Assembly (NCBI RefSeq): GCF_963921235.1
Contig: NC_086118.1
Span: forward strand, 22,694,001-22,758,000
Source: Mobula hypostoma
Taxonomy: Eukaryota
Direction: 5' to 3'
DNA: 64,000 nt
How positions within the stretch are numbered: position 1 is the stretch's first letter; each line of letters starts with the position of its first letter. Under the pieces are notes generated by a model, which saw nothing but the letters and a program-made list of their open reading frames with translations, had not been told where the DNA came from and did no database searches. This document shows, piece after piece, positions 1 through 10,700 of this stretch. Made by a program: the position numbers and the translations under genes.

Positions 1-1074
1 TTGTTAAGTGCGAGGCAGTTGTTGTGACATCACTCAACCGCTGATTTCTCTCTCTTCTATACACCACCTCATTGCCATCTAAGATTCTGCCAACAACATT
101 GGAAACATTGGAAAATTTATAAATATTTGTTTGAGTTGTACTCAGTCATGATTCCTTAAGGTTGTTCTAGCCAGGGGTGGTAATGGGGACAAGCTCCCTC
201 TACCTATTAAATGCTCCCAATGGTGTGTGCCTCAAATAGCTTCTGAAAACCAAGTCTAGCTCCTGGCCTTCATGTGTTGTTTGGCTACTGAGTCCAGCAG
301 CACCATTTCTACTGACAGGAGAAGGTGCAAGGGCAGGTTACTAGTGCCTTAAAACCAGTCACTTTGGGCAAATGGGGCTAATCAGCAATGGTTGGCCATT
401 CAGCCCGTTGAGTCTGGTTCACCTTTTAATAAGATCATGGACACATTGACTGTAGCTTCAATTCCGATGTAACTTCCCATCTTATCGCAATGATATTTCA
501 GCTTCTTTCTCATTAACTATCTATCTGCTTTACAGTAAACTACTCAGAGACTCTGCTTCCACTGCTCTAGCAGGGACTGGGGAAGCACTGGGAAGCTATG
601 CTAGTCTGCATTCTACTGCACTATTGGAATACAAGGGTCTTGTGATAGCAATCGGCTGTGCAGAAGTTTAGAACATCCACGTCTGCAGAAGTTTGCATCG
701 GAGTCCAAATACTGAAACATCATTGGAGTTTCATATACATTTACTGCCTTTTATTGTAAATTTCAGTGCAATATTCATACAAGAGAAATAACCACTGAGG
801 AATCAATATTGTCAGCTAATTAAGATGCCAGATACGGATTTTGTAAACTTAAGCAAAATCACATTCTGGCACTTTCACCCTCTGAACAACAACAGACATT
901 AGTAAATAAGTATAGACATGTGGTTTGACAATGAATTTATAATCTGTGGAGTTATTAGATCTTTCTTATCTAGAATTAGTTTTTAGATGTAGGCATTCTC
1001 TGGTAGAAACTGAATTTGTGGGAATATCCAAACATTTTTTTACAATGTGATTATGAATGTTATTGAGGTACAGT

Positions 1075-1320
1075 GCAGAGTATCAAGTCCAGCTGCCCCG
1101 CAACTCCTGATTTAACCCTAGACTAATCACAGAACAATTTACAATGACCAATTAATCTACCAACTGGTACATCTTTGGACTGTGGGAGGAAAACAGAGCA
1201 CCCAGAGGAAATCCACATGGTCTTGGAGAGAACGTACAAACTCCTTACAAGCAGCGGTAGGAATCGAACCTTTGTCACCTGTACTGTAAAACATTGTGCT
1301 AACCACTACGCTACCGTGCC
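1075..1320 (-). mobile_element. tRNA-derived V-SINE-type SINE
   Basis: Minus strand has a tRNA-like head with B-box GGTTCGATTCC (plus-strand ggaatcgaacc at 1260-1270), then a V-domain-like TGGATTTCCTCTGGGTGCTCTGTTTTCCTCCCACAGTCCAAAG. Related copies occur elsewhere in the window. Confidence 0.75.
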
Positions 1321-1372
1321 ATTATGACAGTTCTGTTCTTGAGTAAGAACTAAGGGTGGTTTTTAAACGTTA

Positions 1373-2280
1373 CTTTTCGAACATGGTATCAGAATATGCC
1401 ATTTTCAGAAGTTAACTGACCACAGTTTCAAAACATTTCGTGTCTCAATTGTTAAGACATCCAAAGAAAAAGGCACCCTAGCCATACATACACATCCAAG
1501 ACTTTTGCACAGTACTGTATAACTCAAGAGAAATGTTGATAAAAGCATATGAGAAAAAATAAAATCACCTCCCCATGCTCCCAGCAAAGAATTCAGATTA
1601 GCCTCACAAGACAGAAATTAAGCAGTGATATCTTTAACCTGTCCTTAGCTCTATTTTGGAATCCAGAAGGCTAGCAATGAGAGAGGAGTGTGGGGGGAGA
1701 AAAAAACAGTATGAACTTATCTTATATTAACCTGTAAAAGCTGACTACTGGAAGAATCAAGACCGTGCCCTTTTCCCTCTGTCATAAGTATCATTTGAGA
1801 TTAGCGGCCTTCCCCTGGGTCTCAGGAATTGCAAACTAATACTTTTTTGGATGTCTTAAGAGTTGAGATCTGAAATGTCTTGAAACTTGGGTCAGTTACT
1901 TTTGAAAATGGCATATTCTGATACAATGTTCAAAAAGCCACATTTAACAGATTTCTCTGCAAATTGGCAATGCCTCACATGGATCATATTGAAAAGTAGG
2001 CACTCCCAATGTGATTTTCATATTTTTAGCAGTAAGAAGTCATTTTTTTTTACATCGAACGGTATTGGCAATTTGATGCTATCATATTACCAAGCAATAT
2101 TATTATACCCTCCAGTGTCTACAGACATGCTGAAATATTTCTGTCTTGTGAGGCTAATCTAAATTCTTTGCTGGGAGCATGGGAAGGTGATTTTTTTTTC
2201 ATACGCTTTTATCAACATTTCTCTTCAGTTATACAGGACTGTGCAGAAGTCTTGGACACGTATGTATGGCTAGTGTGCCT
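1373..2280. repeat. Local two-segment inverted duplication (1373-1470 vs 1842-1937; 1471-1618 vs 2137-2280)
   Basis: Reverse-complement matches such as agaatatgccattttca/tgaaaatggcatattct and ctcccagcaaagaatt..gattagcctcacaagacagaaat/atttctgtcttgtgaggctaatc..aattctttgctgggag. Confidence 0.9.
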
Positions 2281-2300
2281 GAGACTTTAGCACGGTACTG
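2234..2300. mobile_element. Tiny Tc1-type MITE made almost entirely of TIRs
   Basis: TA-caggactgtgcagaagtctt...agactttagcacggtactg-TA. TA flanks on both sides; the TIR resembles the Tc1 end at 42049. Confidence 0.75.
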
Positions 2301-2701
2301 TAGTAATTTTATGTATTGCACTGTACCGCTGCAAAAACAACCAAATTTCATGACACGTGTGAGTGATGATAAACCTGATTCTGATAGGGGGCTCTGTTGT
2401 GGACTGAGAGTGGAAAGGGGGCACGGAGAGGGGAATCACGGTTGGAAGAGGGGGAAGGGAGAGAGGAGGAAGCACCAGAGAGGCATTCTGTAATGATCAA
2501 TTATCCAATTGTTTGGAATCAAATGACCTTCCCTGGTGCTTCAGGGCTGGGTGTGCCTGCTCCTGTGTCACTGCCCACCCCAGGATTCCTTCTCTGCCAC
2601 CTGTCCCACACTCATCCTGTGGCACTCTACCTTTGCCATTCCCAACATCCTTTGCTCCCACCAGATTTACGAACTTGCTCTATGCTCCGAGTTGACAAGT
2701 A

Positions 2702-2773
2702 CAAAACTGCGCAGAAGTCTGAGGCACCCTAGCTATATACAGTATATGTGCCTAAGAATTTTGTACAGTCCTG
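2702..2773. mobile_element. Second tiny Tc1-type MITE copy
   Basis: caaaactgcgcagaagtctgaggcac...gtgcctaagaattttgtacagtcctg; same family as 2234-2300. Confidence 0.7.
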
Positions 2774-5317
2774 TGTATTGTAAAAATACTTGTAATGAGG
2801 AAAGTGCCTCATTTCATTTGTAAATCTCCATCTGCTTTTCAACATTTAGCATCAGCTTGAAGGGATTGCTGTAAGTGCCAAACCGATTTGAAGAGGTCCA
2901 GAGTGGCTTTGGGCTGGGCAATGAGGTCTAGGCCCTGTGATGGGCCAGGTGGGGCATGACCCGGTGTTTAGATGAATTAAACGCCGACCCAGATAGACCG
3001 GAAAGGCAAGGTGCTGGGAATGGAGGTGAGGGTCTCCTGTCTCTGCAGCATTGAGATTGTGAGTCTGCTCCTGCAGCTACCTGCCTTGTGTCTGTGAGCT
3101 TCACAACATCTTTCCCCACTACATAATGAACCTGAGACCAAGGCTTGGAACCTGCTCTGGGGATTCGGGTTTATTGACTCAATCTGGTTCGTAATGTTAT
3201 TGCATGCTTCTATTGTTGGCATGATTGTGTTCTTTTATTCTTTTGTTGTCCATTGAGTGTTGGTCTTTGTTTTTTTAATTGAGTTTTCTCAGGTTCTGTG
3301 CTTTGTGGCTGCCTCTAAGTAGACAAATCTCAAGGTTGCATAATTTATACATAATTTGATAATGAGTGTACTTTGAATCTTTGAACTTTTGGATGGGCTG
3401 TAGCTTTTAGGGTGAGGGGAGGTGAAAAGTTGCTTGAAGTGTAATCGCTTCATTGGAACAGAGCACTGGCAGAGGAACTGCTGTCTTCTCTGCATCTGGC
3501 ATCCTTTCCAGTTCTTTCCCACTTCTTTTTTACTTTCACCCTGGTCATTTACTTTCCTTGTGCCATTCATTGCCTCTGTTAAGGCAACACTTCCTTTTCC
3601 TCTCCTGTCTTTAACTTCTTTAGTGCTTCTTTCTGTGATTCTGTTATCAACTGTAACAATCACTCAGAAAAATACTAGCCCAATCCACAAACACTACCAT
3701 CTTTCCTATTGTGTGTACACTAATTAAATGCCTAATGAGTTTATGCTTCTGAAGAAGGGCTGCTATTTCCGAAAGTACTGATTTCTTTTTAGTTTCCAAT
3801 TTCTAATACAGTATTGGCAATTTTTTAACTTTTATTTTGGGACAACTAACTCATCTGTCCTAAGTTTGGACTGTTCCGATCTGTACTTCGCCATAGACTC
3901 CACTTCGTTCATCTGAGACTGACACGACACTGAGATATGCAGCAATGATAGAATACCCTTACGATCATAATCTCACATCTGTTTGTGTGAAAGCAAGTAT
4001 ACTCCACTCATGTATGCTACTTTTCAATCAACATAAAAGTTAACTTTGTAAAAATGGTGCCTTTTAATATAATTATTATTATGTCAGAAACAACATTCAC
4101 TATTAACACAATGTTTAAAATCTAAATAATGGACAGAGAAAATGCAGAAATCTTAATTGCAGTAAGTGTTCTGTAGTGTAAATCTGGATTTTTTTTTTAA
4201 AAAGTGTGCATTTATCTTCCAAATAAAACAGGGTAAGAGATGTGTAAAAAAGCATGACTAGCTATGAATCACTCTCCCAGTCATACTTCATCCTAAATTA
4301 GGTAATCATCAGCATTCCTTCATTTTCATTCATTCAAAATACTGGAGCTTCTTATTGAAGGGGAAGGTAGGACTACAGCAGTTTAAGAAGGCAACTCACC
4401 ATCACCTTCTGAAAGGTAAATAGGGCAGGCAATCAACTACTCCTCTTGCCAACAAAGGCCACATCCCATGTAAGAAGAAACAAATAAAAATACTGATTGC
4501 CAAAGCCTTAGGATTGATCTGGTTGCAAAAGGAAAGGGGTTAAGAGCATTGCTTCTGGTTCAAGAGAGAGAAATCTGATGGAATTTAAAATTATGAAATC
4601 ACTCAGAGCCATGTAATCCCAAAAGCCTACCTCAATCCCACTACCCTTCCCTCTTCCAAATGTGGGTCTGAGAAAAAAATCAGGGTCAAGTTCAAGTGCC
4701 CAGATCCTCTGTAAACAAATTCACTGAAATGATCAATCACGATTTTAAGGAGGTCCTGGGGAATTTGGGGAAGGTACATTAGCAAATTGTCAGTGGAAGG
4801 GAGGATATGATCTTAAAAAATTTATCCTGAATTTTAAAATATGTTCAGAAAATACTTTCTTTAATTTACAGCTAGCCTATAAACTATTCATTTCTGTTGA
4901 TCTTCTATATTTGTGAATTATATTGGCTAAACAAAAAATAGGCAGGAGGCTCTTTCTTTCTTTTCTTTTTAAATCTTTTTATTGAGTAAGTATACAAAAA
5001 AGGTAAGCCATATAAACATTAATACAATGTTAAAGTACAATAAAATTCCAAAAGATAACAATACCAAAAAGAAAATACTACAAACAATGTAATTTAAGCA
5101 TAAGAAACCAAGATAACATAATAGTATACTAGATTTTATATATATCAATGGAAAAAAAAAAGAAAAAAAAACCCCCCAAAAAAATCCCACCGTGCAACTA
5201 CCTAAAAGCAAAGCAAAGCAATGGGCTAACTTGAAACCAAACAGAGTTAAACTTAAAATCACGTCCTCAATCCCGACCTCCATTAAAACAGTGAAAAAAA
5301 AACAAGAAGGGTAAATA

Positions 5318-8300
5318 TTACATTAAATGAAAATATCGAATAAAAGGTCCCCAAATCTGTTCAAATTTAAATGAAGAATCATAAAGGTTACTTCTAATTT
5401 TCTCCAGATTCAAACATAAAATCGTCTGAGAAAACCAAAAAAAGGTAGTTGGAGCATTAAGCTCTTTCCAATGTTGTAAAATACATCTTTTCGCCATTAA
5501 AGTAAGAAATGCAATCATTCTACGGGCTGAAGGGGAAAGATTACTAGAAATTTTAGGTAGTCCAAAGATAGCAGTAATAGGGTGAGGAGAGATATCTATA
5601 TTTAATACCTTAGAAATAATATTGAAAATATCTCTCCAAAAAGTTTCCAAAGTAGGGCAAGACCAAAACATATGAGTTAAAGAGGCTATCTGCCCCGAAC
5701 ATCTATCACAGAAAGGATTAATATGCGAGTAAAAACGCGCTAACTTATCTTTGGACATATGTGCTCTATGAACCACTTTAAATTGAATTAGGGAATGTTT
5801 AGCACAAATAGAGGAAGTATTAACTAATTGTAAAATCTGCCCCCAATCATCCACAGAAATGGTAAGCCCCAATTCCTGTTCCCAATCTACCCTAATCTTA
5901 TCAAATGGAGCTTTCCTAAGTTTCATAATAATATTATAAATCATAGCCGATGCACCTTTCTGACATGGATTAAGGTTAATTATCGAATCTAAAATATATA
6001 TAGGAGGAAGCATTGGAAAGGAAGAAAGTATAGTACTTAGGAAATTTCTAACTTGTAAATATCTAAAAAAATGTATTCTTGATAAGTTATATTTATTAGA
6101 TAATTGTTCAAAAGACATAAGGGAACCATCTAAAAATAAATCCAAAAACCGTAAAATACCCTTAGTCTTCCAAGTTTGAAAAGCGCGATCCGTAAAAGAG
6201 GGAGGAAAAAATATGTTGCCTAAAATAGGAATCGCTAACCCGAATTGATTAAGATCAAAAAATTTTCTGAATTGAAACCAAATGCGCAAAGCATATTTAA
6301 CTATCGGGTTAGAGACCTGCTTAAGGCGTTTCGAATCAAAAGGAAGAGAGGAACCTAAAATAGAACCAAGTGTATAACCCTGAACAGATTGTAATTCCAA
6401 TGCTACCCATTTAGGAATAGATAGTATGTCCCGGTCAAGTAACCAAAATTTCATATGTCGAATATTAATAGCCCAATAATAAAATCTAAAGTTAGGTAAT
6501 GCTAAACCTCCATCTCTCTTAGCTTTCTGTAAATGTATTTTACCCAGTCTCGGATTCTTATTCTGCCAAATAAATGAAGAAATTTTAGAGTCAACTTTAT
6601 CAAAAAAAGATTTAGGAACGAAAATTGGTAATGCCTGAAACACATATAAAAATTTTGGCAAAAAAAACATCTTAACTGCATTAATACGACCAATCAAAGT
6701 TAAATATAAGGGAAACCATTTAGATGAAAGTTGAGTAATATGGTCTATTAATGGTAAAAAGTTAGTCTTAAATAAATCTTTATGTTTACAAGTAATTTTA
6801 ATCCCAAGATATGAAAAGTAATTATTAATCAATTTAAATGGAAATTTATAATATAAGGGAAGATGTTTATTAATCGGAAAAAGTTCACTCTTACTAAGAT
6901 TTAATTTATAACCTGAGAAAAGACCAAATTGTGCTAATAACTCTAAAACAGCAGGAATGGATCTCTCAGGATTAGAAATATATAAAAGTAAATCATCAGC
7001 ATAGAGTGATAATTTATGGGACTTTAATCCCCGAGTTATCCCAGTAATATTTGAAGATTCTCGAATAGCAATTGCAAGAGGTTCTAATGCAATATCAAAT
7101 AATAGGGGACTAAGAGGACAGCCTTGTCGAGTACCACGAAAGAGAGGAAAAAAAGGTGAGTTTAAGGAGTTAGTACGAACCGAGGCTACAGGGGAATGAT
7201 ATAACAGTTTAATCCAGGATATAAATTTCAAGCTAAAATTAAACATTTCAAGCACCTTAAATAAATAAGGCCATTCTACTCTATCAAAAGCTTTCTCGGC
7301 ATCTAAAGAAATAACACACTCAGGAACATTTTGTGAGGGAGTATAAACGATATTTAACAATGTACGAATATTATAAAAAGAGTAACGACCTTTAATAAAA
7401 CCCGTTTGGTCTTCCGAAATAATAGAAGGAAGTACTTTTTCTAGTCTATTTGCTAATAACTTAGAAAAAACTTTAGAATCAACATTTAATAAAGATATTG
7501 GTCTATAAGATGCACATTGAGCAGGGTCTTTATCCTTCTTTAGTATTAAAGAAATTGATGCTCTATTAAAAGATTCCGGAAGTTTACCAAGTTTCAAAGA
7601 AGCCTCAAAAACCTTATAGAGCCAAGGAATCAATAAAGAAGCAAAACATTTATAAAATTCAACGGTAAACCCATCAGGGCCAGGAGCTTTCCCCAGATTC
7701 ATAGAAAAAATAACATTCTTAATCTCATCCATTGTAATGGAAGTATCTAATAAAGAAGACATATCCTGTGAAATCTGAGGGAAGTCTAACTTATCTAAAA
7801 AATCATTCATATATTTAGAATCTCGAGGAGACTCTGATTGATATAAAGAAGAATAAAAATCACAAAAGGTTTGATTAATCCCCACATGATCCAATATCAA
7901 TCGATCATTTTGGTTATAAATCTGATTGATTTGAGATTTAACATAATTAGATTTCAATTGATTAGCCAGCAGCTTGCCAATTTTATCACTGTGAACATAA
8001 AAATCACTTCTTGTTTTCTTTAATTGGTTTACAATCGAGGACGAGAGTAGTAAACTGTGTTCCATTTGAAGTTCAGTTCTTTGTTTGTATAGCTCCTCAG
8101 AAGGAGCCATAACATATTTCTTATCAATTTCTTTAATCTTGTCCACAATTGCCATCTCCTCCTGCTTCTGTTTCTTCCTCAAAGCAACGGAATACGAAAT
8201 AATCTGACCCCGAATATAGGCTTTAAAAGTGTCCCAAAGAGTGTTAACCGAAATATCTTCTGTATGGTTAATTGTAAAAAAAAGCTCAATCTGTTCATTC

Positions 8301-9094
8301 ATAAAATTAACAAAGTCCGAGTCCTGAAGCAACAGCGAATTAAAACGCCATTGTCTATTGTTTGGTATATTGGCCATAATTTTAATAGAAAGCTTAAGTG
8401 GAGCATGATCCGAAATGGTTATAGAATCATAATCACATTTAATCACTGAAGGAATGAGACGAGAATCAATGAAAAAATAATCAATTCTTGAATAGGAATG
8501 ATGAACATGTGAAAAGAAGGAAAAATCTTTTTCCTGAGGATGCAGAAAACGCCAAATGTCCGTCGACCCAGAATCAGAAAGGAAAAAATTAATCAAATTT
8601 GCAGATTTATTAGGTAAAGTCCGTAAAGGAGCCGAACGGTCCAAAGCTGGAGATAAACAGGTATTAAGATCTCCGCCCCAAATCAATGAAAACTCGTTCA
8701 AATTCGGAAACTGATCAAACAATGATTTATAAAATTCCGGACAATCCATATTAGGAGCATAAACATTAACCAAAACTACTTTTTTATTAAATAGTAAACC
8801 ACTAACCAGTAAAAATCTACCATTCGGATCAGAGATAATATCCTGTTGTATAAAAGTAACTGAGGAGTCTATAAAAATAGAGACACCTCGAATCTTAGCA
8901 TTGGAGTTCGAATGAAATTGTTGTCCCTTCCAGAATTTGAAAAAACGTAGTCTGTCCCCCCTCCGTACATGGGTCTCTTGTAAAAATAAAATTTGTGCTT
9001 TAAGTCTCCGGAACACTTTAAAAACTTTTTTCCTTTTAATAGGATGATTAAGACCATTAGTATTCCAGGAGACAAAATTAATAATAGACTCCAT
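5318..9094 (-). CDS. L1 ORF2p: APE endonuclease, reverse transcriptase and C-terminal CCHC domain (1258 aa from ATG at 9094)
   Basis: EN motifs SWNTNGL, QETH, GDLN, SRIDYFF, SDHAPL. RT motifs PGPDG, YRPISL, DAEKAFD, RQGCPLSP, YADD. C-terminal CDRC..HMFWSC. The ORF-track start at 9202 is a non-ATG codon; first ATG is MESIINF. Confidence 0.97.
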   Translation of the reverse strand: MESIINFVSWNTNGLNHPIKRKKVFKVFRRLKAQILFLQETHVRRGDRLRFFKFWKGQQFHSNSNAKIRGVSIFIDSSVTFIQQDIISDPNGRFLLVSGLLFNKKVVLVNVYAPNMDCPEFYKSLFDQFPNLNEFSLIWGGDLNTCLSPALDRSAPLRTLPNKSANLINFFLSDSGSTDIWRFLHPQEKDFSFFSHVHHSYSRIDYFFIDSRLIPSVIKCDYDSITISDHAPLKLSIKIMANIPNNRQWRFNSLLLQDSDFVNFMNEQIELFFTINHTEDISVNTLWDTFKAYIRGQIISYSVALRKKQKQEEMAIVDKIKEIDKKYVMAPSEELYKQRTELQMEHSLLLSSSIVNQLKKTRSDFYVHSDKIGKLLANQLKSNYVKSQINQIYNQNDRLILDHVGINQTFCDFYSSLYQSESPRDSKYMNDFLDKLDFPQISQDMSSLLDTSITMDEIKNVIFSMNLGKAPGPDGFTVEFYKCFASLLIPWLYKVFEASLKLGKLPESFNRASISLILKKDKDPAQCASYRPISLLNVDSKVFSKLLANRLEKVLPSIISEDQTGFIKGRYSFYNIRTLLNIVYTPSQNVPECVISLDAEKAFDRVEWPYLFKVLEMFNFSLKFISWIKLLYHSPVASVRTNSLNSPFFPLFRGTRQGCPLSPLLFDIALEPLAIAIRESSNITGITRGLKSHKLSLYADDLLLYISNPERSIPAVLELLAQFGLFSGYKLNLSKSELFPINKHLPLYYKFPFKLINNYFSYLGIKITCKHKDLFKTNFLPLIDHITQLSSKWFPLYLTLIGRINAVKMFFLPKFLYVFQALPIFVPKSFFDKVDSKISSFIWQNKNPRLGKIHLQKAKRDGGLALPNFRFYYWAINIRHMKFWLLDRDILSIPKWVALELQSVQGYTLGSILGSSLPFDSKRLKQVSNPIVKYALRIWFQFRKFFDLNQFGLAIPILGNIFFPPSFTDRAFQTWKTKGILRFLDLFLDGSLMSFEQLSNKYNLSRIHFFRYLQVRNFLSTILSSFPMLPPIYILDSIINLNPCQKGASAMIYNIIMKLRKAPFDKIRVDWEQELGLTISVDDWGQILQLVNTSSICAKHSLIQFKVVHRAHMSKDKLARFYSHINPFCDRCSGQIASLTHMFWSCPTLETFWRDIFNIISKVLNIDISPHPITAIFGLPKISSNLSPSARRMIAFLTLMAKRCILQHWKELNAPTTFFWFSQTILCLNLEKIRSNLYDSSFKFEQIWGPFIRYFHLM

Positions 9095-9818
9095 AAATCC
9101 TAAAGTCAACCCATAACAAGGAGGATTGACAATAGGCGCGACCCACAAACCCGGAGAGGAAACAGAACATACAAAAGATACCGGGGAAAAGGACGCAACC
9201 AATACTTCAATAATGTATATAGCCCAAAGAGAAACAAACTAAAACGTGAAGCCCCTCCCACCACCCCCCACCCCAAGACCCCAAGGCGAAATCTAAAGCA
9301 GACCCGCCAGAAAGAAGCAAGCGCTAAAACTACCCCCATGACTTCCGGTATACGCTCCCTAAAAAAAAGGTATAAATATGAAAAGGGTCAGCTAATTGTA
9401 AAACAGTAAAAAAATAAGTAAAAAAAAGTTAGCTCAATTAAAATACACACAGAACAGAACAAAAGCCGGAAAGTATATATTAAAAAAAAACCACAATAAA
9501 CCTCAAACTCATGAATAGACACAGCAACAGAAAAAAAATAGGATTATTAACATAAAATGATTATAAAAAGCAAAACAGAATAAAATTTAAAAAAAAACTA
9601 CAAAATTTAAGGCCGCACAGGAAATACGTAAGATGACAAAAGGGAAGTAACCACTCAGAATCCCCTGGGAAAAGAAAGAAATGACGCAGTTAAAAAGAAA
9701 GTTTAGCAGCCATATTAAGAAATCGAAAGTAAACTTTTCTGCCCAAATAGGGCACAGAAAAGTTAAAACCAACCAATTCACAGCCTCCGATCAACGGAGA
9801 AAATTTAAAAAAAGGCAA

Positions 9819-10700
9819 TTAAGATGTTGAAGATGAAAGTTGATCCAGATAACTCTGGGCATCCGATGGAGAATCAAAAAAACGAAGGGCTCCATCTAAC
9901 ATGCGAATCCTTAGACGTGCAGGGTACAGCAGCGCTGGTCTTAAATCCATCTTATAGAATTCCGACATCACGGATCTGTAACGGACCCGTTGGTCCCAGA
10001 TTGGTTTACTGAAATCTTCCACGAATCGGAACTTAAGATCCGAAAAATCAATGAAACCTTTAGATCGAGCGAATCGAAACAGTCTCTCCTTGTCTTGAAA
10101 GTAATGAAAACGTAAGATAACATGCCTCGGTCTATCTGACCTAGACGAGTATGATGGGATTCTGTGAACACGATCCAGTAACGGTGGTTGGTCAGGAAAT
10201 ACAGTAGGGAATGCATCTTTTAAAAGTTGGGAGAAATATTTCATAGGGTTGTTAGCTTCCACGGCTTCCCTGACGCCAATCATTCGTAAATTCTGCCGTC
10301 GCATTCTAGATTCCAAGTCAGAGTTTTTAAAAGTCAAAAAGTCAAGTTTCTTCTTCATTACATTAATTGTTTCTTCGACTTTCCCCATCTTAAGCTCACT
10401 TTGTTGCGCGGATTTTTGAAGATCAGATATAGCCGACTGATGTTCCGCAATACATGTTTGCATCTTATCAATTAAATCGGCAATTTTCTGGAACTTAGTT
10501 GAGATTTCCGTATGAATCAGGTCTTTAACAAAGCCCATAATTTCTGTACGAATCATCTCCCTAACAGAGGTTGAAATTTCCCTCTGAATTAACTCCGATA
10601 TCGCTTTCAAAGTCACCGGTGATTCAGTCGGAGGGAGATCCGTAGCTTTCGGTTTAACCGGAGGTTTACCATCCTTGCCGTCTTTCCCGTTCTTAGACAT
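9819..10700 (-). CDS. L1 ORF1p (coiled coil, RRM, CTD; Transposase_22-like)
   Basis: Heptad-rich region, then DLESRMRRQNLRMIGVRE, DRVHRI, RPRHVILRF, EDFS, LLYPARLRI and FDSP motifs typical of vertebrate L1 ORF1. ATG at 10700, alternative at 10727. Confidence 0.93.
   Translation of the reverse strand: MSKNGKDGKDGKPPVKPKATDLPPTESPVTLKAISELIQREISTSVREMIRTEIMGFVKDLIHTEISTKFQKIADLIDKMQTCIAEHQSAISDLQKSAQQSELKMGKVEETINVMKKKLDFLTFKNSDLESRMRRQNLRMIGVREAVEANNPMKYFSQLLKDAFPTVFPDQPPLLDRVHRIPSYSSRSDRPRHVILRFHYFQDKERLFRFARSKGFIDFSDLKFRFVEDFSKPIWDQRVRYRSVMSEFYKMDLRPALLYPARLRIRMLDGALRFFDSPSDAQSYLDQLSSSTS

Noticed and set aside
4969..5283. 104-aa hydrophobic ORF in the L1 3' UTR (possible membrane ORF3)
   Set aside because: Explained by the T-rich sense strand, which yields F/L/I codons and few stops; no recognisable domain.
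9095..9202. 36-aa N-terminal extension of ORF2 in the ORF track
   Set aside because: Starts at a non-ATG codon; the endonuclease domain begins right after the ATG at 9094.
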